Shown here: piece after piece, positions 49,288 to 61,261 of the stretch
Layout: each line of letters opens with the position of its first letter
Position numbering within the stretch: position 1 is the first letter of the stretch
Notes under the pieces: model-generated
Database searches by the model: none
Seen by the model: the letters and a program-made list of their open reading frames with translations, nothing else
What the model was told of the DNA's origin: nothing
Assembly: GCA_965153285.1 (NCBI GenBank)
Contig: OZ229110.1
DNA length: 64,000 nt
Origin: Podarcis tiliguerta
Taxonomy: Eukaryota
Direction: 5' to 3' (one strand)
Translations under genes and position numbers: made by a program

Positions 49288-49422
49288 CCCTCTGTCTCCA
49301 TTATATTTTTCTATAAATTTTCCATAGTTGTAGTAGTTAAAGGTTGGGTAACCATCCACACCTTCCTGCTTACACAGGTCGTGGTTCTGTTCTTTGGCAC
49401 AGTCCACTGCAGCATAGGCAAT
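49288..49422 (-). CDS. PDIA5: PDIA5 penultimate coding exon (135 nt), C-terminal thioredoxin domain
   Basis: Read manually as IAYAAVDCAKEQNHDLCKQEGVDGYPTFNYYNYGKFIEKYNGDRG, with the GYPTF thioredoxin cis-proline motif. cttcctgtgctag acceptor, GGG|gtaagt donor; phases 0/0. Confidence 0.95.
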
Positions 49423-50054
49423 CTAGCACAGGAAGGAAAAGCAGATCAGCTGTCACCAAGTGTGATCCCATTCTATGGCGCACAGATACTTTCAAAATGA
49501 AACATATGCAGTTTCACATAAACTAAGATATGGGAAATATTTCCAAAGGCTAAGCACTACCAGAATCAGAATTCTGAGTTCTTGTTTTGCCAATTCCTGA
49601 GCATAGGTGCTCAGGGCAGATCCAGCACCTTACCCTCCTGTGCATTAGTGGAAAATCCTTCCACTTGCGCACAAAGGGATGATACAAAGCCACTATTTGG
49701 TTGAGCGGAATCACACAAACATGTGTGCTCCTGGACATGAAGTTTCCTGCTGCGGCACATTAAGCTGTAACCAAGGTTTGTTCTGAAAGGATCCTGTCCC
49801 TTAAACTACAGCAATTCTTTAAGCGCATGAAGAGCAATGTCACTGCATCTCATAGAACAACTAGATATCCATCTACATACTGTACTTAGTTTCATTGATC
49901 TCCTGCTCTACATCCAAACATTCTCTGGGCAGGCAACAATGATATTCAATAAGACAAAGTAATCTCATTTAAAGTCACAGCAAAGCACAATAAAAACAGG
50001 ACGTGAACAGTTTCACATTAAGCAGGCCAAAGCTCCAAACAAACAGACAGATTA

Positions 50055-50455
50055 AACAGTGGATGGGAAGGCATTCCAGAGCAGGGATGCTGCCAGCGGA
50101 AAAGATTGCCTATGTGTAATTCCCAAGGTTAGGACATTAAGGAGAGCCTCCATAGAGGATCTGAACTCCCTGGACTGCCACATACCGGAAGAGGATTTCC
50201 CTCATGAAAGTAATCCAGGGCTTTTTATGCCATTTGTAAAACTTTGAATTCAGAGTGGAAATGGATTGGAAACAACTGCAAATATTTAAGAACTGGGAAA
50301 AGATTATTCTGACTGGAGACTCTGCTCAAGAGATGCACCACCACATTTCGGACCAGCTGCAATTTCCAAGTGGTCTTCAAGGGCAGCCCTGCATAGTATG
50401 TATCGCAGGAATAAAAATGAAAGGTTATCAGAGCATGGATTACTGAGGCCAAGCT
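50055..50455 (-). mobile_element. L2 LINE ORF2 fragment
   Basis: ORF 50225-50452 reads VIHALIT...YYAGLPLKTTWKLQLVRN...LL...PVLKYLQLFPIHF..EFKVL, the classic L2 ORF2 post-RT segment. Confidence 0.88.
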
Positions 50456-51164
50456 ATTCCTGTAGCTTCGTCATAGTGCCTTATTCAGTTGCTACATTTT
50501 ACCTCCACCTTGCCCCCAGCTGAGTTCAAGCTGGCATAAATGAGATGTTCTCATTTCATCCTTTAACGTAAGGCTGAGAGGTGGTGAAATCCAACAAGTG
50601 CCCTTGCATGAAAGAAGAGCTTTGGATCAAGGCATCAGCTAATGAAAAGGGTGAGGGGATCTCTGTTGATTCCACTGTCCTCATGTAGACTTCCATACCA
50701 CTTTCCACCCTGTTCTGGAGGGTCCCCCAACAATCTGGAACAGAAATTCAGAGGGCACTTTTGCCTGCAGGTAGCAGGGAGAGGGGAATTGCCTGCTCTC
50801 CTCTTTTGCTGGTGGACACACCTCTGCTAAATCAAGAGCTCTTCTGTGAGTGCATGAGTAACAGATGGATTCCACCCAGTGATATGCAACCCAAAGAGCT
50901 TTGTGGATGAGTGGAGATTGAACTCCAGGTCTCCCCAGTCCAAGTCCAACCCACAACCCTCACTATTCCTAAACCATCAATGGAATAAGTCAGAATCCAA
51001 GTGACAGGGATAGGATGGGGAAACCTCAACACTGAACCAACGTACAGAAATAATGTACCTGGTTCAGGGGCATGGGTTCAGTTCCTAGAGGCTGGCTATA
51101 AGATGGGCTGGATGCAGATTACTCAGAACCCAAGGCAAAGTCCTAACACATAGGTATTATATGC

Positions 51165-51370
51165 TACATGACTGGGTTCTAGCATGTGAGTATGAGACAG
51201 TAGCTAAGAATGTGATCAAATCCTACCTGAGCCACAAATTTACCGCATACCCTTAGACAAGCCACTATTCTGTCAGGTCAGCTTACCTTCTAAAACAAGG
51301 GCATAAAACTGGCCTATCTTCCAAGGCCACCAAAGGATTACTGAGATTACATTAAGCTCCTTTGAACACA
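51165..51370 (+). mobile_element. Old MIR/CORE-SINE remnant
   Basis: ATCAAATCCT.CCT.AGCCAC...CCTTAGACAAGCCACT...CTTC.AAAACAAGGG.ATAA pattern. Similar remnants at about 1770-1835, 31745-31882, 38248-38445 and 50873-50966. Confidence 0.55.
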
Positions 51371-52411
51371 TTTTTTAAATAAAAAAAGATATACTTGAAA
51401 TATACATTTGAAAGGTAATGCAAAGTATTATCATATGCTGCCTCAACAGACTTCATTATAGCTGCTACATTATGTCTCAGGAAAAGGCCTGGCAAATGTT
51501 AATTCCTAAGAATTATCCTGCAATGCTCTGCTCTCTCACTAGGGCTCTCTAGATGATCCTTCTGCCTTTAGCGGACACTGATAAGTCAACACTACCGCAA
51601 CAGCACTTTCTAAGACTATACTGCTATTAATACACATTTGCTTCACTACATCTGCCAGGCTCATTCCTGTAGAAAAGTCATTTGTTCTGTTTTAATCCCG
51701 TTTAAATACAGATATGGGAGCCTTCTACTTTAATTTTATTGTGACTGCTGGCTAGAATCTATTGAAGGGAAATTTAAAGCAGTTTTAAAATTTAAGATTC
51801 CATTACACTGCTTCTTTTAGACTATCTGCTCATAATACCCCCCTCTTGCCTTCCGGGCTGTTATTGAGCCGCAGTCCCATAATTAAATGTCATTTAATAT
51901 TCCATTATGACCTCTAACTTCCTGGTGATATGCAGTAAGCGTTACACATGCACCTACAGCGGCATTCTTACTAGTTATTAACAGCTCTGGACAAGTCATT
52001 TTCTTTCTATTCCATTTGTTCACTCTGTGCTCCACCTAATTACTCCCTTGCTTGAATTGTTGCTGCCTCCTCACAAGCTCTTCTTTGACTCTTCTTTTGC
52101 TCTAGAGCCATCTACTGCTGGGCAGTGAGCAAGTCTTGCTTACTTGTCAATGCAAACTCATCTGCTGGGTTAGGCAAGCTGGCCAGTATCTTGGCAGGCA
52201 GCAGCAAAGCCAGTTCACTTCCTTTAGGCATACCCAGTTGGCATGTGACAGTTAAAGTTATTTCCACTTAGGATTGTCATTTCCACTCAAAGTGTACGTT
52301 CTCAATGGGATTTTCCCAACACAGCTGACTGGCCTTTTGGAACCCTTTGTAAATGTTTAACTGACAAATGCTTCTTCTCCGTGGATAATGAAACGGTGCA
52401 GTCCCTGAGCC

Positions 52412-52416
<5 letters not shown>

Positions 52417-52444
<28 letters not shown>
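52417..52444. repeat. (GA)14 microsatellite
   Basis: Read directly. Confidence 0.97.
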
Positions 52445-52447
<3 letters not shown>

Positions 52448-53983
52448 CAAAAGCTCAGAGAAGCGTGCAACCCAACTGAGGAAAAGCTCAGTCAGTCTCC
52501 TTATACACTCTTTGTAAACCCTTCCTCAGCCCATTTCTTAATTTTCCCAGCTGCATTATAACCCTTAAAGTCTCTCAATAACCAGCTTATGAACAACTAG
52601 CAGCATTATTTAGGCTGAGTCCATACTTGTTATTATTTCCCATGGTAGGGCTAGGTAGTGTGATGTCTTCCAGCTGTTGCTGGATTCCAGCTCCCATCAG
52701 CCTCAGCCAGCATGTCCAACAACATCAAGAGGAAAGATGTTGTGCACTCTTATCCTACACCTTTCTCTATGAAGGGAAGATTCATATTAGAAGGAAAAAT
52801 AAAATGAGATCTGGTGAAGTGCTGGCAGCAGCAGGAGAAGATAGGTGGTGGCACTTTTTGTTTTGCCTCAAGCAGAGAAATAGGAGGCAACATCCCCTGG
52901 CCAGAAACCTAACAAATCAAGCAAGAGAAAGTGCACTAATAACACTACCAGCTGATGAAATAGCTACTGTATGTTCTACTACTATTAAGAAGTAGAATTG
53001 CTGGTGAAGTCCTGGAAGGTGCTGCATGCTCAAGATTTCTTGAAGCCTGAGGTCAAGGCGCTTCCTTAGCCATTCATGTGAATCATCTGAACTGTGGAGG
53101 CTGTGGAAACCTCTGTAGCAAACCTTTGCTAGCCTGGCAAGGATTGTCCTAGATTGTTCATGTCTGCCTGTCAAAAGATTCATGCAGCCAGCAGTGACCT
53201 CTCATGGCAGGACAATCAGAGTCTTTGACAGTCAGAATCTATGAAGACATGCATGCTTTCCTGGCTGCCAAAGGCTTTCACTACTGACTGCACAAACAAT
53301 CTGTACTGTCTGCACAAATGGTAGCCATCAATAGGAAGAAATTATGGAGGCTTGCAAGGCCCCTCAGTACTTGGTTGTGAACATTTCCTGTGTCCAGGAA
53401 AGTCTTCTTCTTTTTGGATATCAGAGGGTGGGAGCAGTAATGGATTAAAATTTGGCATGGCAGGGAAGTCAGCCAATACATTTTAAAATATATTTTGCAT
53501 GGAAATGGCTTATTTTTGAGCCGCAAGGTAGCTTTGCCCAACTCCACTTACCCGCAGTAGCAGACCAAATAATCCCAGCAACAGAAATGTACAAGCCACC
53601 AACTATCATTTGAGTGTTAACATTAAGAGGAATGCTAGCACATGGCATGTCCCCAGACTTAAGAAATATTATTTACACAATAAAGATAAGCTCATTCAAA
53701 CTGAACTTATATAAGCATGTGCCCAAGAGATCAGAAGCAACCAGCAATTACCATCATTCTTAAATAGCCGCCTTTCTCTTTCTCTCTCTCTCTCTCTTTT
53801 TAAAAAAGCCACTATAGGGAAGGCTGCTACTTATCTAATTAACACTGTAGCTCTTAAGATATCCAGTTGGTGTATAGTTAAATCCTGCTCAGCCTCTTGT
53901 TGATTTGAGCAAAGTACATACCCATGTTTTTTTTAATCATTGGGACCAAGAAATCCTTTTATAATGTTTAAGATTACTGTAAT

Positions 53984-54145
53984 CAGTCCTTTTTTCTGGG
54001 GGTACTCAAGGGTACACAGTACCAGCACCTTCACACACATCCCACCTCCACAAACGTTAAAAGTGTGGCACTTATTATAACAACTTTATGGTGAGTTCCA
54101 GCACCATTTTTCTATTTAAAAAATAAAAGAAAAGAAAGAGCACTG
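53984..54145. mobile_element. hAT-type MITE
   Basis: TIRs CAGT(C/G)CT.TTT and AAAGAGCACTG; 8-bp flanks ACTGTAAT and ACAGTAAT (7/8); internal repeated GT.CCAGCACC. Confidence 0.75.
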
Positions 54146-54754
54146 ACAGTAATTCACATCATTAGGTCCCGTTTTTTAAAAGCCAATCTAGGTTTGTACT
54201 TCAGATGCATTGAAGCTGGCCTTGGAATTCTAGGCTGCATCACTGAAAACAACAACTCAATTTTAATCTATTTCTATTTCACACAGCATTTCATGGTGGA
54301 TCCAAACATCATTTAACACCCATTTAACAACTTTCCACATGGAAAAGTCAACCCAGTTTTGCTAAGATCCCACAACAGGGAAGCAGTGATGCTGGGTTTC
54401 ATGTAACCAGATGTGACAAATAATTGCATTTTATCATGCAATTAGAGCCATCACCCAGCAATTTTTAAGCGGCCACTGCTGACTTTACTGTCACTTGAAT
54501 TCACCCTTGGCCATCTCACAGGTAACACAGATGTGTGAGTAAGCAAAAATACCCAGGTCAAAATTTACAAGTGCTACAGCCAAGATTTATTGCACAAATA
54601 TTAAAACCCAGAAGTGAGCTTTGCATTAAAAAAGAGACTCCTAGTGTTTCTGAGCCATTGCATCATTTCCTCAAAATAGTTATTTGCTTCTTTATGTTAA
54701 GATTTAATGCTTAAGATTCTCACTCTCTTTTAATTTGAGAAAAGCTATATACTG

Positions 54755-55100
54755 CCTAAATTTATATGCTGCTTGATTGTAAAAAACACCCTCAAAAAAA
54801 CACAAGGTGGTTTACAAAAAGAATGCAATTATCAGTAGAAACAGCTATTTAAAAATGAAAATAAAATTAAAATCAGTTATAAGCTAAAAACAGATTAAAA
54901 CACATGCAAACACTCTACATATTTGGGTAATGTTTTTAGCAAGCACTGGGAAAAAATACAATGAAGGTGCCTGTCTGATGTCAATAGGCAGGGCATTTCA
55001 CACTAAAAGACTGATTTATTCCAAATGTGGAATGAATGCAGCACCTGTAACCGTGCCAGTTCTGCTGATCGAGTAGACCTATATGGGACAAGGCGATCTA
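54755..55100 (-). mobile_element. Degenerate L2-like LINE 3' end
   Basis: AAATTTATATGCTGCTT...GGTGGTTTACA (reverse-complement tail) and GAAGGTGCCTG.CTGATGTC.ATAGGCAGGGCATTTCA pattern. Confidence 0.6.
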
Positions 55101-56048
55101 AATATTATTTATTTAGTTCATTTTCTATCCTATTCCTTCTCAAGGTCCTTGAGCAGGTATCAGCAGCTAAAAAGAAAAAGAGGAGTATATTGACAAAATA
55201 CCCAATTACATTTTATCAGATGCCTGTTCAACCCTAGTTGTTGAACGCCAACCTGAAAAAGAATTTTTTACAGTTCTTCTGGAAAGCATTCAGCTCTGGA
55301 ATTTCACAGACCTCTAGGGAAAGAGTTTTCCGTCTTGCTCTTCAAACTGAGCACATGAATGATACCGTCAGAAAGCTGTTCTTGGTTAATTGCACAATGG
55401 TACAAAAGGAGAGGAAGTGGTCTAAGGTATATAGCGATGAATGAGGTACTCATTCATGCATGATTTTACCATACAGATGCTTCTGAATTTACCCCCTGGT
55501 TAATCAGGTAGCAGCAGTGGCTAGGGATATTTTGTGACGTGCCCTGGCTCAAATGAAATCTTCTTTTTTTGCCTACTGGTTAGAACACTTTGTTCTTTAT
55601 AGAAAAAGGTGTTTTGGACAATGAATAGCTAAATTGAATGGGGTGGGGTGGAAAATGGCATGCAACTGGAAACAAATTTCACATTTTAAACATTTTTGTG
55701 CGTTTAGGTTTTTTTGGCAATGGACATATAGGTGTAAACAATTATTAATAATTACTTTTCATAAGAACTTTTGATAACTTGCATTCATGCCATATATTTT
55801 TATATGTGTATTTTTCTTGATGCTCAAGTTCCTAGCTTTATCACGGTGGTGGTTAGAAGTTTTATCAGCAGATGATTTTCTGGCTATTTAGCAGGTTTTT
55901 TATTATAATTTCACAACTCCCCTGAAAAAGAACACAAATTTGAAACATACTCGGATTTCAATAAGGCTTTTGTAACATTGGTTGCAAAAATAAAATTATC
56001 TGCACTGCCTATAGCCTTTATTGTCTAAATGAGAAGTTTCTTTGAAAT

Positions 56049-56049
<1 letters not shown>

Positions 56050-56099
<50 letters not shown>
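56050..56099. repeat. (TAT)n microsatellite
   Basis: About 16 perfect units. Confidence 0.98.
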
Positions 56100-56829
56100 G
56101 TTTACCATAGGAAAAATAATAAATCCCTCTCCAGCAACTTCCTTGGTAATAAATGTTCTGCTAACTTTTCATAAAAATCAAGGGTGAGATGCAACAGAGA
56201 AGGAAGTATGCACCTCCAAGACCTGTGAACTTTGCGACTCTGAGATCTTGTATTGTAAGAATGCATAGTCTGGTTGTGATGATGTTAAAGTGGCCTGAAA
56301 ACTTCAAACCATTTATTTGTATAGGGACTTTGCTAATCTTACTCCAACTGCTTTGCTATTCCCCTGATAACTGGGAGGTGTTAATCAACAACAGCAAAGC
56401 GTCACCATATTAAGTGGATTAAAATCATTTGATTTACATACTACATTAGCAGCTTTTGTTTCCACTGCTCCCTACGCCTCCCACTGAATATATATTAAAT
56501 AGAAAATGAATAAATATTTTTCACAATCTGTATCCCAGAAGGCCAATGGAAAGAGGAACTGGCTGCAAATATATACACATTTGTTTGCCTCCAAGGCAGT
56601 CAGATGTCAGCAATATTTCCACAGAAATAGGTTTCTTTTGGGTTACCAATTCAGGGGTGAAACAGAAATAAATTTCCTTCATAGTTTCTATGGCCCTGAT
56701 GGAAGAATAAATGATCGAGTGAGCAGTAAACAAATTCAGCAAAAAAATTAAAAAAGACTTTTTTAAGGGGGGAAAATGACATTGGAAAATGAAAAGAAGC
56801 AACTCCTACCAGAGCTTTATTTGTAAAAC

Positions 56830-57074
56830 TAGGGCTGCCATATGTCTGGGATTACTAGAACAATACCGAGATTTCAAAAGCAGAAGTGACGTCGGGGTGG
56901 GGTGGGGATTTCTGGAAGGCATTGGTATGTCATGGCTCTCAAGTCAAGTAAACTGAAAATTTTTGGATTTTCTGGAGGGTTTTTTTGGGTGGGGGAAGCT
57001 CAACAACTTTCAGATTTTCCTAAAAAGAAGCTTGGGGTGTCCTGGTTTTTACTCTTTGAAATATGGCAATCCTA
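56830..57074. mobile_element. hAT-like MITE
   Basis: TIRs TAGGGCTGCCATAT and ATATGGCAATCCTA. Confidence 0.7.
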
Positions 57075-57586
57075 CCTTATTTACCAAGCCTGTATTTGGA
57101 GTATGCAAAGACTGAGAGAGCAAGTCAAACCATTGCCTCATGTCCAGTATGAATCTGGACTCTTAAAACTTTGCACAACAAATGGGGATTTATGCAGCTT
57201 CTGTCCTGCTCCCCGCCAAAAAGTCCCCTTGTGTAGGAAATGTATACTTTTTGTGCCTTCTACAATTTCCAGTTTTAATTTAATTAATATGAAGCACTCA
57301 GGAAAGACATGGGTTGTGATACAGGAGCATCAGTGGGATGGGGGAACTGGTGAAAATCAGGGACGGGCACCTTGTATGAATAAAGCTGTCGCGGGAGAAG
57401 TGACAAGTATACTTTTTCTTTTTTGTGGAACTCTTAAGTGGAAATAAACCAACTGAAGAGCACAGAAAATTTAAGACTACTACTTTTATCCACAGAAGGT
57501 GCTCCAGGGGCTTCTCCATTCATTTCCAACACTGAAGACACTATACATGTATAATGACAGTGAAGAGACTGGGGAATCCCCTCCCT

Positions 57587-57588
<2 letters not shown>

Positions 57589-57618
<30 letters not shown>
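57589..57618. repeat. (GT)15 microsatellite
   Basis: Read directly. Confidence 0.97.
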
Positions 57619-57620
<2 letters not shown>

Positions 57621-60600
57621 ACATTGTATATACCTGGGCCTTGGATTAGAACCAATGGCTGATATAATTTGAACAGTAGCTGCTGTGGTAAGAATGAAAG
57701 CAAACCAGCTATGCTGCTGTTGTTTTTTAAAAAAATAAATTCAAAAAGATTACCCACTTCTTTGTGTTGAAAATAGATGGTTTATTGTAGCTTCTAAAAA
57801 AAAAACCCATCGTCATTCACGTTGTTAGATTCAAAAGGAGATGTTGAGTTTCTTGAAATGTGAACATTAAACTGTCAGTTCCTCAGTGCCTTATCTGAAA
57901 ATTGCAGCTAGTAAGTCCCTGCCTCTGTGGGATTTGCAAGAATAAGTTGGAGAACCATTTTCAGCACTATTCATATCATGACTTCTTCAAGCGAAACATA
58001 TTCCAGGAGAGCAGTAAAACACAGCTTTCTGTTCTAGAGTGATTTATAGATGCAACTGTGAGACGTCTTTGGCCCGTGTTGTTATAGTATCTGAGTGCTT
58101 CATATTATTTAAATGCACTTGTATCTACATGATCCCTTGTATCACTGACAGCTGATATTACTGGTGGTTAAAACACTCAATCTGTATTCCAAGTGGCAAT
58201 ATACATTTGAGTCTGAGGCCAGAACTAGCTATTTTATTACATTTGTGTCTTCTGTCAAAAGCAGCCACTTTATACCCCCACTTTCTCTGATAATATAAAC
58301 CTGATTTGGGTGCTGAATCCCCTCACTTGCAAGCAAGCATGTGAAGAGAAATTAGGTGTTCTGCCAAGCCCCACCCTCTCTGGCATGTCAACTCTACACA
58401 AGTGTGAGGGCAAGGGCCTGAGGGAGGCAGCCTCTTGTACTCGTGGACCTTGGCCACAAGATTAAGAATCCTGATTGTTCAGGGTTCAAAATAGTGTGGG
58501 GAGCCTCAAGTAGACATTTCTTCTCATGTCAAACCTTTGTCTTCATATTGTGGAGGGCTCAAAACTCTTGAGAGAGTGGGTTAGTCTTGGCAACACATCA
58601 ACCCTTATTCTCATGTTTTGTTTTACACACAAGACTGGATCCCTGAATAGGGCTCTAGTAATTGTATGATGTGACATGGTCATAATCCATCTTTCCTTAA
58701 CCCTGAAAACAGCCACCAATGAAGTGGAATGGGGGTGAGGCCTCATAGTTGCCAGAACATTCAGTTCTGGCCTTACTGCAACTCTATGGTCATCACCTGC
58801 TTGATACATCATAATAAGGCAAGTTAAAGCGGTCAGCTCCGGCAAAACGCTGCAATTATTCCCTTCCTTTTAAAGGAATCATTATGAAATCCTTGTCTGT
58901 CAGATTCCCCTCCAGATTTTAGCATTCAGTTTTATAGTTTGACCATCCCACAGCCAACTATGTATAAATCATCTTCTGAAGGTGTGTTGGAGTAAAAATG
59001 TGGAGGAGCGTGGAATGAAATGATAAAAAAGGTAAATACAAAATTTAAAAGTGATTTTGGGTGTGTTAGAAATTACAAATAAATATAGGCTAGCTTTAGG
59101 GTTGTTGTTTTTTAACTACAGCACTCCGGTGCAGTGCTATTTCCTTTTCCTTTTCAGAATTGTTCAACAGAACACCTGGAGTATTTTTTTGAAAGAGGGA
59201 AATTGCACACGGCACCTATCCATGGGTGGTGGCCTCTGCCATGAAGTCAGAATTGGGTAGTAGCCAGGAGTCTAATGGGGTCATGTGTGATCTCAGAAAT
59301 GGGTCAGTGTGTTATTACAATGGCCTGTCAATCCTGAGGAGTACTCATCTTCAGCACTTTAAAACAGAGATATTATACAGTACAGTATAATCAATATTTT
59401 TTTTGTCTTACATCTTTAGTCGCAGGGTTTTACACCTCAACTCTTCAACCAGATTTCCTTCCTGGTCTGGCAATTCGAGCAAGCCTCTGCTAGTGATTAT
59501 TCAAACTCAAATGAGCAAACGGCAAAGAATTGACTACATACTCAGCTTTGCTTCACTTAAATGACTCCATTACATGCAGACTTCAGGGCCAAAGTTCAGG
59601 TCCCCACAGTCCCTGTACTTGGGTGGGTAGCTAAGCAAAATAACACGCTATGCTCTCCACTCCCCAGATGATACTATAAAGTGAGGAGCAGTTGATTGTG
59701 GGCGGCGGAGGAAACTGCACTGTGCCTTATGAAGCAAATCACTGTGCAACCCAGGTTCCAGCTGCAAATGGCAGGCTGCTGGAAGTTCAGCCAGTAAAGT
59801 GATACACAGCACTAGCCACTTAGTTGGTCAAAAAGGTTTTTTAAGAAAGCACAAGCGGAGTAGCAGGCAGCAGCAGTGGAGGCAGGAGAGAGGAAATGAG
59901 AATGGCTCTGCTGACCAAAAGGTTTAAAATGTGGGGCAGCAGCAAGGAGGACACCATCATAGAAGTGGAGGTAGGACAAAGCAGTGGGCCAGGGCAACAG
60001 TGGTGGAGAAATGACCAGAGCAGTGTGGGTCCTTTCGCAGAGGACCCCTGGTTCGGTGCATTCTCAATCCTTGAAGTGCCTCTGGTTTACACCCATACCC
60101 ACACCCACCCATCCACCTCTGTCCAGCCTTTCCCCCCCTCTTTTCACAGACTGCCTTTCTAGCTACCACAGGAGCCTGTAATAATAGAAGTCTCCTGCAG
60201 GAGCACTTGGCCTTTCTCCCATTAAAATATGTACCACCACACATCAGCTTATTGATTCAAGGAAATAAATCTCTGCAGGAGCAAATATTGACTTTTGTTA
60301 TGAAAATGGAAGTGAATAACTAACTGAACATTGATTTTGGAAAGGAATGAAAAAGGGCAGGTTTTTAATTTCTCCCCCCTTCCTAAGTGTTCTTTTAAAA
60401 AGGATAACATTTCAGTCGGGAAAAGAATAGCTTAGAAAGTAGTCAACTAAAGATGACAAATCTCTGCTTACACAGAAAAGGATGTTGTTGCCAAATGACT
60501 TAAAGGTTGGGTTCTGCATGGGGCGTATTGCAAATCTTCTGTTCCCTGACAATGACTGTGCTGTTGCTTTATTTCTGTTAAGTATTATACATCATAAGCA

Positions 60601-61037
60601 CAGTGCTTCTTGGCCAAGCTAACCGTGGAGCCTCGAGATGTCTTGGGATTTGCAGGGGCCTGGTAGAAGGCACAAGGGGATTTCCAGGAGATCAACCCAC
60701 ACTTGACTGTGAGGGCTGTTTAATATATAACATAGCTGTGACAAAACTCATGGTTGTCACCAACGTCAGGGAACCAAACCTAATTCAGTCTCGCTTAAGA
60801 GTATTATGACGTATGATCTGTACTATGATGGCTGGTGCCCACTGGACCTGTAAAGCTGAAGACAGGGAAACCAAGTAGTAGGTGGAGGCAGAGACACCCC
60901 ATGACTGGTTTTAAGAAAGAAAGAAAGCTGCTCGAGGGTACATGAAGGTTAATAGGGCAGTGGCCATTCACCCTAATAAGCCAGCTTCTTCTGCATCTGT
61001 ATAAGACATGCATCTTGCCAATACATGCTTATGTACA

Positions 61038-61261
61038 CAGTGGTACCTCTGGTTATGAATGCTTCTGGTTATGCACGCTTTGGGTTACGAACTCTGCTAA
61101 CCCGGAAGTAGTTGCTCCTGGTTGTGAACTTTGCCCCAGGATGCGAGCAGAAGTCGTGTGCCAGAGGCACCATTAGCAAAAGCGTGCCTCAGGATAAGAA
61201 CGGTTTCAGCTTAAGAACAGACCTCCGGAACGAATTATGTTCATAACCAGAGGTACCACTG
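61038..61261. mobile_element. Tc1/mariner (Tigger-like) MITE related to the 40825 copy
   Basis: TIRs CAGTGGTACCTCTGGTTATGAA; shares GCTAACCC.GAA.TAGT, AACTTTGC..CAGGATG and GACCTCCGGAACGAATTA with the 40825 copy. Right TA intact, left reads CA. Confidence 0.9.

Noticed and set aside
53546-53640. Minus-strand GG|GTAAGT donor as a PDIA5 exon end
   Set aside because: Upstream sequence does not encode thioredoxin-like residues and has no clear acceptor.
56902-57447. Longest ORF in the track (181 aa)
   Set aside because: Starts at GTG inside a MITE, has no recognisable homology and no splice context.
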